The notes under the pieces: generated by a model
Databases searched by the model: none
Told to the model about the DNA's origin: nothing
What the model saw: only the letters and a program-made list of their open reading frames with translations
Shown: positions 49,501 through 61,612 of the stretch, one piece after another
Position numbering within the stretch: position 1 is the first letter of the stretch
How the letters are laid out: every line of letters begins with the position of its first letter
Made by a program: the position numbers and the translations under genes
Assembly (NCBI GenBank): GCA_040954595.2
Contig: CM082595.2
Span: 3,581,943 to 3,645,942, forward strand
DNA: 64,000 bases
Direction of reading: 5' to 3'
Origin: Balanoglossus misakiensis
Lineage: Eukaryota > Animalia > Hemichordata

Positions 49501-52500
49501 TCGGGGTGGAGTTCTGAGTTTTTCGCAATTATGCGTTAATTAATCGCCAATTAGGGGAATGTTGTGAATGCATGGGAGGTAGGTACACTGTCATTGGATT
49601 TGGAAGTGTGGATTTTTTAGTGTCTGAACAGACATCAGCAATACACCTAATGATGAAGTTGATTGGTCAGTTATTGCAGTGTTTGTCCATCAGTGAAGCA
49701 GACAATTATAATATCGATAATTGAAATTCTGTTTGGGACAGTTTGGCCCTATTGTGGCACTGTTGCCATGTCACATGTACAGATAGAGTGTCCATTTCAG
49801 ACAGATCTGAAAGTGATCCCCTGTCTCGAGGAAGTGATGTTTTTAGGGGGGTCTGGGTCAGAGGTTGTTATTCTTGGGTGTTCAGATAAACTAACACGGC
49901 ATCAGCCGAAAGGGGTTGTATCCTTTAGGTAGAGTGTCAAAGAGCTGAGTGATCTCCATCTGTCAGCATATGATTACGCAGAGGTCGGAGGTCATGCAGT
50001 TGGAAATCCTCAGGGGGCGGCCATCTTGGCTGACTTGCATGTAAACCAGCAGTCAGTCACAAAATATTTTGGAAAGATAGGTTTTGTAGGCTTCTTGCAC
50101 GCACATGATTTGACATATTGGCGTCAGTGTTCCCAATGAATTACATGTGTCTTTGAGGTCATGACTTTTTTTGTGATTAGGATTTATTCAGCCTGGGAAG
50201 TGAAATTTCGGTTTCAGTCGTGGTGATATTTATTTATTTGCAGTATATGTTATCTGAATTGCGGCTTAGTGTAATAGAGCCAAGATAAACAGTATTATGT
50301 GAGAAATATGCGGAGATATGAATGGTATGCCCGATAATAGGAAAAGTATGGGGGACTCAGAAATTGACAGACAGGTACCCATGGTTAGACAAGGATTTGC
50401 GACTCCAAGTCGCGACAGGTCTGGCTGCCAAGTTAGCAGGGAGGCAATTATCTACCGCTGGTTTTTGTGTGTAGACTGGTCTTAGGACACAGCTATAGAT
50501 TGATGCCAAAGTGGGTGAAATTGACAAGTTCGGAATATACGTACACTGCGACGACAGTTACAAAGACGTGTATACTGCACGCCTGCTGCGACATTTTCCA
50601 CTTGAGATAAAGAACGTTCCAGCTCTTCCAAAGATATGGCTGCAGAAGCTATTTACATGTGAATCACTGCTTTCTAAAGGTTTTTGCGTAAAGGGGCACT
50701 CCAAACTATTGATTACATAACCTTTCTCACCCAAGACAGTATTGCACTTTAAAATTTCATCCATATCCATATGCTGGAAATGCATGTAGAATGTGCTAAT
50801 ATTAACCGTTCTGCGGTTTATTTCGTGGAAAAATTCACTTTATAGAGGCGCCATTAAGGTGTGCATGTCATAATAATTGCACCCAGGTGGGAATGTTGAA
50901 ATGTAAGAATTCAGTGCTGCATCGCCATGGGATTTCGCTCTTAAAATCACGACTTTTAGTAACTTTACCAATTATGATAATGTTTACACAGTTATAAATG
51001 ATGCATTTTGATATTTATGGAGAAATATCATATTATGATCGCCAGGTGATTGTCAATTTGAACAAAAATGATGAAGTTTTATCAAGAAAGGCTGGAGTTT
51101 TCTCGAGGTGGCTGTCAACATAAATTGAAATAAAAACTCAAGGAGGCATATACGAATACATCTGCTGCTTTCCCACGGGCCCTTTATGATTTTGCTCTTG
51201 TGATTTACACTGACAACTTGGAATAGATTCTTGTAAAACGGATATCTCGTAATATAGAATGTACATTAAATCAATGTAGCTATCCTCTGTGCTATAATTC
51301 CGTGCCTGTTTCTCGAATGTGTTTAAATACTTATCATATAAATGGCAGCAGTGGAGCAAAAATTTTATTGCTTGTCGGAAAATTTACTGGTCTTTGCATA
51401 ATTTTCCAGTCGTAAATTTTGCCCGTGTGAACAGAAAAAGGGAGGGGAAACTACCGTGGTTAATAGATTTCAGATTATTGGTACCCAAGGAAGTCATTTT
51501 GTTATCGGAAATCAGTGGAGTCACATTGATACACTTGACAGTGGTTTTAATTTTTGATTGGCTTGTAAGGATCAGGTGATGATGAATAATAATGAGAAGG
51601 TGAGTAATTTGCGTAATCTGGTAGCAGAAATTTAATAGCTCTTTAAATCAAACAAAAATATTTTTTTGTTCATTTATATTTCTGTTAGGTTATATATGTA
51701 ACTGTTGGATAAAATCGCATGAAAATTTTGAAATGGAAATTTGGAGAGTGGTGTATTTGCTTCAAAGAATTAGATTCAATGTATCAACCTGACTAGATTT
51801 GTGTAACTGAAAAAAACCCTCACTCTCACTATAGTAGAATTTGTGAGCCAAATGTTGATGGGCAGATGAAATCTTTTTTCCCTGCAAGATACCTGCAAAG
51901 TGTCACATAAGGTGATGAACAAGACACGAAATGGTTGAATTTGAATGGCTGTGTGGGGGAGAGAACTTCATTGAAATGTATGACTCAGAAACAGACATGA
52001 TTCGCCTGGCAGTTTATATCAGGGAGAGACGGATTAATTTGTATTCTTTACGCAACATGAAAACGCACTCGCCTTCATCGTTCAACACAACGTATCATCT
52101 ACCCCTGTCAATAAGCTGCAAATCTATCATTTGAACTATGCTCGCGTTTTTCCCTCGCACATTCTTGCATTATCAGTGAATTCATTTAAAATTCCTGTTT
52201 CAGTGCAGGAAAGATATAAAAACACTGTCTTGGGTTGATATTGAAATTTTGATGCTGAGACAAATTTATTTAAGTGACTATTGATAGAGGGATTGTGTGT
52301 CTTTATTTGAAATTCAGTATAGCCTCTGATACTGCGTCCATTCGATGGGGGAATATCTTAGTTGTTGATTTTCCGGGAAAACAAGATGATGGTCAGGATA
52401 AGGAAAAGCGGGAAGGAGAAGCAATGAATAGCGAGGTATCGTGGCCAGGTCTAAATGAAACTTGAAAGATCCTGGTACACAGGAGAGAGTATGAAGATTT

Positions 52501-55500
52501 ACCGGGCTTAGGCAAATCTTGATTATTCTGTCAAGTAGTCGTTTGGCATTTCAGCCAATGGATCGAAATTGGTTTCTTATTCGAACATCAATCGCTACAC
52601 CGGGCACGAACTCTCCTTCACGTTTCTGACGACCGATGATTATTGGCGAGTAATTGCCTCAATCATTGTGCGATATTAAAAGCTAACACTCATCAGTGGG
52701 CTATGATCTGAAAATGTGCAGTGTGCTATGAAACTGAAGTTTAACCCTTTCACCCCTAGTTGCCATTATAAAGGTCCAACTTTACCATATAGGAAACAAT
52801 AGATTTGGACCAAACCATGGTGATTAAAAGGTTTAAAGAAAGGCAGTCATCAGAATCGCACATGTACGACTTTCCTGTTTATTAACATGTTGACATTGTT
52901 TAAGAATAATTTCAGATTTTACCAACGAACATACGTGTGATAAGGTTTCATGATGTAATATATTTCAAAATAATACCAGACTGTATGAAGCTCCTTTGGA
53001 AAGTGTCATTTGTAAAGATCCTGGAAAAAAAGATAGAAATTGCTCTATGAAAAATGGCGGAGTCATTCACCAGGAATTATTTTCCATGTCGGAATATACG
53101 AGTATTACTTTCCTTCCCTTCACGAAAGGAAGCCTGGAACGTGATGGATAAATGGAGTCATTAAACCGGCGGGTATAGATGACAAAACGCAGTGCCACTA
53201 ATATGGGTTTACTTTGTGATGTAATAAAACGAAATACATTATCGGTTTTGAGTGACAGGTGCCAATCACTGGCGTAAATTGAATGGGGGTCTTTTCAGGA
53301 ACACTCGCTCATTTGTTGACATGTCGCTTAAACGGATGACGTGCTCGGTTATTGAATGTGTAAAAAGTATAATGATGGCATTGTTAACCGGGGCTGTTCA
53401 GTACACTGGTGTGATATTCCGTACAGCAGAAATTTACGCTAAAAATGTACATTTCATCGTTTTCTTTCTATCGACATCAGTTTGTGATTTTATATTTTCA
53501 CTTGAAAAACTTCCAACCAGACGAGCTGAGACAGCTTACAATTAGATATGTCAAAAGATTAAAACCCCATTGTCAACTATTGTCACTTCATCACCATTGC
53601 AGACAAAAACGAATCTAAAAATAAAAGTGACGTGGTCGCTGTCGATAATTAAAACATGCGTGTGATAAATGGAATTTCCTTGGGGCAGAAGGCTAAGCTG
53701 TTTCAGGACAAGCTTGGATAATTAGTTTCTGCCGAAGTTGGCATATTTCAAAATTGTCTTGGATGCACATTACTGATTGGTGTCAATACATGTACTACCT
53801 ATGTCTGAAAAATCATCATTGTCTAGGTGTAAAAAATAGCGTATTTGTACGTGACTGTCAAATTCTCGCAAGAAAAATAGAAGTGATGTTTGCACAATGT
53901 CCTCTTGTGTGTATACCACCTGTCCTGTCTGCCGGGATAACTGTTCTGTGACAGGGATGATGGATTGGTGGTGGGTTATGATCAATGGAAGTGTTATGAC
54001 AATGTGTTAATGACAGGGGTGGAGCCCGACATCCGCTGCCCTCCGAGATAGACCTCGTGACATCGCTAATGGATGGAGCTGTCTGAATATCACGCTCTGG
54101 GCAATTGCTGGTCCGGTGTTCATTCAGAGAAGGGGGGGGGGGGGATACACTTACAGTAAGTCAGCACGTAGGGCTCAATACCACCCAGCATCTGGACGGA
54201 ATAAACTCTGCCACTGGGACAGACCACTTGTTTTTAGTGGGCAAGATGGACCCGGTGAACTCTGATATAGGGGTGAAAGGGTTAAATTGATCGTTTAGTC
54301 CTGGGTTAGTCCTCAGAAAACAGGGGGCTAGGAGAAGCATTCATGATTGTCTGCTGATCTTCCATTGTCCGAGACTCGTTAATCAGTGGTTATTGTCCAC
54401 AAGTAACCTTGCCTACCCTGCGTCTCTTTGTCTTTTGTGAGACAGTTTTTCCCCTTGCTAAGTGTCAGTCCATTCATTCAAATAAAAGAGGCAACAAGAC
54501 TAACTGTGGTCACTCGTGAAAAGGGGCCTGCTTTTTGCTGGCTGCCAGCTTGTCTATATGGAACATCATATTGTCATACATACAAAATTAAATATTTCAA
54601 ATTGAAAGTCAATGCTATACTGGTATTTTCATTGTAAGTAACTGTACACAACCACTGATTACTTGTGTGATTTGGGATCACCTAGGAGAAAGAAATTTAT
54701 TGATTTTATAGACGGGTTGTGTTTTCATGATTCTTATCTATAGAGCTACAACATCCATGCTTGTTATCACCTTGTCAGCCGTGATCAGATAAGATCTCAT
54801 CTATCATTCATGGATCTCTCCACCCCAACACATCATCGTCACATTTTTGGTGTGAAATCCTCAGTTATCTGCGTCCCATGTGTTCGAGTCATTGATCCTG
54901 GATAATACCCCTACAGCTGTCATCTTCCGTGTAAATAGAAAGTGTCTGACAAATGTTAGTTAATGCTGTGGGCAGTTTATTTGAAGCACATAGTAAACAT
55001 ATCACATCCATGCCACCTTTGTCGTATAAATGATTGACACTTTGTCAGATTTGCCAGTGCTTGGTGAGTTTGAGTTGGAATTGGTGGGGATAGAAGCAGA
55101 CAGACTCAAGTTGGTGGTAGTCACAGCGACGAGAACAAGTGCAGTTTGCTGAAGATGTGAGATTTCAGTATCGTGCATTTGAAACGAGGAAAAGGCTGTG
55201 TAGCTCGTCATTGATCCTATCTCAGCCGTCTGCAAAGCCTCCACGGATCAATAATAGTTAATCTCCAAACATCCGCAGAATTGCCAATGTGCTCCCCCCA
55301 ATTCACATCTTTCAGGACTTAATTGACGAAGTGTGTTCCTTGAAGTCAGTCTGGTTTAGCCGATTCAATTGGATAAAAATACCCGAGACTGTGTCTGCGC
55401 TCAAGTTCTGTTTTATGGCTTTCCTTGTATGTGACCCCAATACCCAAATTTTATCCCTCAGTTTCAGAGTTTGTCAAATTATGAAATCCTTCTGTGAAAG

Positions 55501-58500
55501 ATGATGTGACCATGGGTGAAAAACGCCTGAAATTCAGGCCCTACTTTTGGAAATCCCTAACCCTAATTTTCACTGAACCCCTCCTCTGCAATTGTATGTG
55601 CACATTCAAGCACCATGAAAACCAAATCCCCCTTTCCTTCACAAAGCAGAGATTGTGTGTAATCCAGGGTGTCGCTTACTCAGGGAAAGTTCAGGTCTAA
55701 AGCTTTGAAATCCGTATTATTGAAGTGGCCCTTGTGCATTGACCCAGGTTGATGGGGTCCAGTGGTGTTGTATGGGGGATAAATGTTCTTGTGTTTGCGG
55801 CTGTGGTTGGAATTTCTGTGTGGTGGTTCTGGGACAGATCTGGTGTGCTGTGATTGAATTTAACAGTTTGGTACGGTGGGGGAGGGGGGGGGGAGGGTAC
55901 GGGTGGGGAGATGAGGAGGGAGTGTCTGTTGAGAGGGGTTGGGATCAAGTTGGACATGCCAGGCTGGCATAGACAAACATATATACACATGTACATACAC
56001 ATGTACATGTACTTATACTACATAGCTTGTATATTATATCATTGTAGTTGTGTTTCCTATTTGACTACATGTATTTGGGAATCCTGGTTATTTTGCTTTA
56101 TACTGTATAGAAAGCAACAGAAATTGGTTTTACCCACAATGCACTGCAATTCATATAGTGGGCCCCCTAACATTTAGCGGTAATGCTACCCAAGGTCAAG
56201 TGTGGGTATCAACCCTGCCTTCTCTTCCTGCTACTTGCTTCAGCCACTAGAAAATATATCAGACAAATGTGGCAGCCGAGTTAGCTGAGCTTCAGTGTAA
56301 ATTGAGAATTATATCTGAAATGGTCTGTTAGAATACTGGACATCGGTGTGCCCTCTAAGCCAGTATGACTCTGAAATGTAGAAATGGGAACACAATTGTA
56401 CGCAATGTGAAATGGATAGAAAGTGAACTCCTTTGAGAATTCAACAAATCGACTTTTCTTCTCCGCTACACGAATGAGTGTATGTTGCTATGATTTCCCC
56501 GTGGAGTCTGAATTTCTTTCCTCGAAACATCGGCTGTGAGTCCTGCGTTCTAATGGAGAAAGCAGCGGCCGGGTTAATATACTCCGCCGATCGAGATGCG
56601 AGTTTGAGATAGCCTGATTGCTTTGTCTACAATCAAGCAGGGTTAATTGCTGGTGAGGATCTCCCGTAAGACAACCGGATCAATTCAATAAACCAATATA
56701 CTTGCAGCTCAGATCTGTGATTCCGCTCTCTCTCATACATAATAATTTTACAAAGGGTGATTTTTGTAAGTTCCAGTTTCCAGACTTGCATTTTCTAGTG
56801 TGCCGGGGTTACCCTCTGAGGTGTTACACAGATTATATTGTTTGTGATCTGAACTTAGGTTCACACTGGGTTGTTAAGCTTTCTCTGTGCTTCCGGAAAA
56901 ACAAGTCGAAGTCCAGTCGGATTGTGGCCGTAATCCGGTGGTGAAGTGGCCATCGTAGTGTGGCTGTAAGGATTCCTTTTTTTCTCTCAAAGTCTCGGGG
57001 CTTTATGTGTTGTTAATACAGTCCCCAGCATTTCAGTCGCTGATTTGGTATTAAGACATAGAGTGGAAAGGCAATCTGCAGAAGCTATAGATATGCTAAT
57101 AGAGACATTCCTTGGCCCATAGCTTTCGGCTTTCTCTGATGTCATTCAGGTCGGTTCTCTGTCCTGCCCCTGCCATCTATTGTCCCGTGCACTGCGCTTG
57201 GATCCCAGTAGGGCCGGCCTTCCATCAATGCTCATCAGTTGAGTTGGCCAGATTTTTCTTTTTGACTCGACGTGCCGGTTCCATTCTGGTTTCTGTCTTT
57301 CAAGGTGTGTTTGCACTCCTTTAAAAATATCAAGTGTGTGCTTCAGTGAAACGGGAGCGTTCCAGTGTCCATTCCATCTTATTCCTGGATATTGTGATGA
57401 AAAAGGTCGTGAAAAAGACAAGAGGTCGCATTGTCCGTCCACCCAAACGTGAACTGTTATAGCGAGAAATGTTAGTGTACTCTCAGTCGCCGAATGTGAC
57501 TCTGAGATAGCAACGGCCGCCAGTGACCGAGCAATTATGATCGGTGTAGTTTTACCAGCTTTTACTGGTCATAAAACAAAATTAGTATCTGGAGTTAAAC
57601 TCGGTGACACTCTCCCTAGTCTGCCACTAGGGTGCCCTCTTCCAGAAGTATGTGGCTGCTGTTCCATTCACTGACACTACCCCCCTCCCCATTAAGATTT
57701 TTAAACTGCTCACCAGGGTCATGAATACAGATCTTACATATGTAGAAATAAAAACTATTTTATAGTTTTAGCTTTCAGTGATCTCACCCTTCTCTACAAG
57801 CCAACTAGTTTCTCACGCAAAAAAAAAGAGAAAATGGTTAAATCATCGCTTCTTATATGACCTGACCTCTCACAAGTATTCGATGCATATCCCACGAATC
57901 AGTAAAATTATTTAAAATTAATAATTTTTTTTTTCTTGACAGCTGGTGGCTGCAGAGGGAAGCACAATATCCGACAGCACATCTCAGTGCACAGAGACGA
58001 GGGATGATATACCCCTGGAAAGGACCGGCGGAATAGGCGACTCCAGACCTCCTTCTTTCCAGTGAGTATTTCTCTGTCTTCCCATTCCCGATTCTTCTCT
58101 TACACCACGATGGAAATCATTGGTCATCTTTCCCAAGGTTTCAACTAATCTACTTACAGTAAAACCTGTCTAAACTGAACACCAAAGGGACTGAAGAAAT
58201 TGTTCGGTTTGCAGAGGTGTCTGTTTTATAGAGGTTTCTAAGTGCTGGGGAAAATTTACCACAAAATAATGTCTAAATATGAAAAGAGTTTGAAGTTTAT
58301 TGTTCAGTAATGAAAATCTGTAATGTGATAGGCACGAGCTACTCAGACCTTTTAATTCCGCTTTTCCATGGAAATCAACAAAACAATAGTGTTCTCTTTA
58401 TGTAAGTGCTTTTGTGTGACAGAGTATTTAACTCTGTGAATTAAAATTTTGTAGAATTTGATTTGAAAAGAAACTACTGGCTGAAACACTGAAATCATAT

Positions 58501-61500
58501 ATCTAAAAGCAAAGAATACTAAAAGAGTCATTATCCAATCATAACGTCATTCCTAATTCCGACGTTGAAAGCTTGCGTGAAATAGACAGGATTCAATGAA
58601 ATAAATTTGTCATTGTGCAGATGTGTGTGTCTCGAGAAGAAGTGATTTTTGTGTGTGTGTGCGCCTAATTATTTGGTATGACAGGTATTTTGTCAGTGGA
58701 GTTCTTTCGCATTGTACTTGCTCAATGCCCTGTGGGCAGTATGAATACCTCATGACTCATTGGCGAGGCTGCGTTGTTGAACTGTTCAAAATGGAGGCTG
58801 ATTACCATGAAAGTTGAACTAATTGCGTCCAGCAGGGCGGCTCTTAATGCTAATTGACACCGCTTGTGTTGTACGGTGACCTCTCTCCGAATTCAAGTTT
58901 GTTGTAGAAATGCCGTGAATGAGATTAAAAATAGTGAAAGAAAGTTCAGAAAACTGTCTTGTGTATTACACGAGGAAAAAAGTAATTAATCCATTGTGTC
59001 ATCATAATCCCTGAAAAGCGTCGCGTTCCCTTACAGATTTTTGGCTTTGGTGTTGAATTGTCCATTACAAATTTACCCGTATTTGAAATTCAAAATGGCC
59101 GCCAAATTTGCGTTAATTCTGAAAAATTTGAATGCTTATTCATTGTGTGTGTTGTGATATCAAATCGAGTACCGTAGTATACAGCAGCCAAAATATCAAA
59201 ACCACAGTAGCTCATAAATAACGCCTTTGTAGTACTTGCACTTTCCCAAATCGAGCACAATCTACTTACAGTTTATTAACTTCCAAATTGGCCTATTATG
59301 ACACACGCCAGGTTATTACTGAAGAAAGCACGTCTTTGAAATCTCGCGTCGTCGCATGAAATGGAAAATTTACAGCCAGGTGTTACAAGTTCATTGATTT
59401 CATAATTTTTATTAGGTCGTAAAGCTGTTAGGAGGGTCTGCTCTTTTTTGACCTGTTCACCCCCGTTTCCCAGTGGTACGGGCTTGCCAGCAATAATAAA
59501 ATGCATCTGGGAGATCGCATGGGATAGATTCTACGGGGGCAGCAGCATCTGTTGTTGTTGATGCCAGTGGCAATCACGATCTTAAAATGAAACTTTTGAT
59601 TAATTTCTTCCAAGCTTACGTAGGTTGCAAAGTTTATTTCCTAAATCAACTGAAAATTTATTGGAGAAATGTTAGCCCCGGGGGTGCCAAAGCGCGGACT
59701 GGCGCGCGACATCCATTTACGTTTCAAGTTTTTTTTCACCGTTGAAATAGAAACAGCTTATAGTATTGCAATGGTTCAGGATGTGAATTCCAAATAAGAT
59801 TTTGCGGGTAATTGGCCCCTAGTGAAAATTTGAATGACTTGCCCGGGTTACGGGAAGATAACATTGTGCTGAGATATCGCTAGGCATGACTCATAGTTCT
59901 AGGTCTGTGTAAATGTCACTATTCTCCCGTCCATGAATTTTACAGATTATGAATGTTTAATACAATAGTAGACCAGGTCAGAAATATTATATATGTGACA
60001 AAGACTATTGTAAAATAAAAATAAAATATTTATTGATTAAATAATTGTGAGAAAGGATCTGTCAAAATCTTGCATAAAAAGTCAGATACATATAAAAAAT
60101 ATGTCTTTCCATCTTTAAAAAAATCAGGGAATATCTCTAGCGGTTCATGTCTGCTGAAGGTATTTTCTGTAATTTCAGAACGTACACAGAGCATTGAAGG
60201 TCAGTCAATCTACTGGAATTTCCGAGACGCTGAGAGATAGAGAGGAAATTGATTTTCTTACACTAAGATGATCGGTGATAGGATCTGACAGAGCTTTCCC
60301 GAGCATCGCTTTGTGTTGAGACGCTGGAAATCCAAACATCTCTGGATATCATCACGTTTTCCGTCTGCCCTCTCGGATAATTTTCCTTTATCCCTGACTT
60401 GATTTCCCGGGAAAAAAAATGTGTGGATTAGAAAAGGTCACAGTAATTTTCCTGTCTGCTTAGGCGCGTCATGTTACTCGCTTAAATGACTGCTGGTGTT
60501 GTTTCCATGACGAGGAAACTGCCGGTGATGTTTTTCATGAATTAAACAATTATTCTGACTGTGTGTGTGAAAATGATCATGATATTGTGATATATTCTGG
60601 ATAAAGAAGACAGAATTTTCACAATTAATGTGTGAATAATGACAACTGCTGCCCTACTGTTGCGGACAAAGATGTATAAATTATAAAATTTCTGTTCCTT
60701 TATTTGTCAGAAATGCTGTGTACTCTTGTCGGTATTGCTTAGCCGTTTATAGAAAATCAATAATAGGTTGAAATTTTCCCAGTCAACTAAATCACGGTGA
60801 CTAATACGACAATGTGATTGAAAGTTGTGATCTGCTGCCCTCTGTAGGTCGAAAGTGATGATTGTATCCAGAAGTTTTCAGTGGTGTATCTGGACCAGAT
60901 AACTGAGAAAAAAGGGTGTTTGATTTTGAATAAATAAATCGTGATATTTGTGTAGACTGAGATCGGAGTGCCAGTACACACACTAATATTTGATGTACAT
61001 GGATTTGTTTTGCCAGTAACGCAGAGTACTTAATCAAATGAAATTTCCATTACCCCATGTAATACACAATATTGAACTTAGCCTCAGGTAGATTACCGGT
61101 TGTGTAGGGCTCTGAAGAAATGCTGAAGGAGTGCACGTTTTTCTTGTAGAACACTCGGGGCTCGATCACCGCTTTTGTTTCTGCTTTTAGTGTAATGAAA
61201 GAAAACCTACATGTATTTTGTGGCGGTTGAGGGAAAGGGGGAAAAGTGTGGAATTAGCAGATTGGTTTTCGAATCTCGCCCCGAGAGGAAGGGTGTATTG
61301 AAGATAGCCGACAGAAAACCACAATTTTGTGGATGGAAGATCTAGAAAGTAAATCTGTGTCAGGAAACGCAATCGGAAAATTGTTTGGAATGAACAGTTT
61401 TTGGTCAATCCATGGTCTGTCTGGATTAGACAGGTTTTTGTTTTAATTATCCAGACTTGGACAGTGTCTTCTTGTGATCTTATTGGAGGTGTATTTATTT

Positions 61501-61612
61501 ATCTATTCTGATGTTGTGAAATATTTTTCTTCTTTCAGTGCCAATGCTGCGGGAAGTTCAGACAAACTAGACGATGCAACAGAAACTGAATCAGTTATCA
61601 GCTCAAGGAGAG
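34565..61612 (+). CDS. DVL: Segment polarity protein dishevelled (DIX domain and following region), 3' part outside the window
   Basis: Exons 34565-34728 ([22 protein letters not shown]...[13 protein letters not shown]), 35657-35726 ([23 protein letters not shown]), 57943-58061 (LVAAEGS...[17 protein letters not shown]) and 61539-61612 ([24 protein letters not shown]); phases are consistent. Confidence 0.96.
38794..38823. repeat. (GA)n-rich microsatellite
   Basis: gagagagagagagacagacagagagaga. Confidence 0.8.
43585..43663 (-). mobile_element. Diverged copy of the short TTAA-ended element
   Basis: Ends TAGGGGTGAAGGAGCTTAA; the internal part resembles the copies at 24090 and 54205. Confidence 0.45.
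52741..52836 (+). mobile_element. Short TTAA-flanked (piggyBac-like) MITE, most complete copy
   Basis: TTAACCCTTTCACCCCTA ... GGTGATTAAAAGGTTTAA: imperfect terminal inverted repeats with TTAA at both ends. Confidence 0.7.
54205..54287 (-). mobile_element. Copy of the short TTAA-ended element
   Basis: Ends TAGGGGTGAAAGGGTTAA, the exact reverse complement of the first 18 nt of the 52741 copy. Confidence 0.65.
58157..58240 (+). mobile_element. Left end of a pogo/Tigger-like DNA element
   Basis: TA|CAGTAAAACCTGTCTAAAC..., similar to the termini of the 14758 MITE; no clean right TIR nearby. Confidence 0.5.
59040..59130. repeat. Second copy of the TATTTGAAATTCAAAATGGCCGCCA repeat family
   Basis: 25-bp identity to 23079-23103 with similar flanks. 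Confidence 0.55.

Noticed and set aside
37141-57240. CTGATGA motifs (37141; reverse strand near 37600, 44500, 52690, 57235) as hammerhead ribozymes
   Set aside because: None has a proper stem II followed by GAAA and closing stems.
58157-61440. Possible 3.3-kb DNA transposon bounded by CAGTAAAACCTGTCTAA and TTAGACAGGTTTTT
   Set aside because: The right end lacks the terminal ACTG-TA and there is no transposase remnant; more likely two separate fragments.
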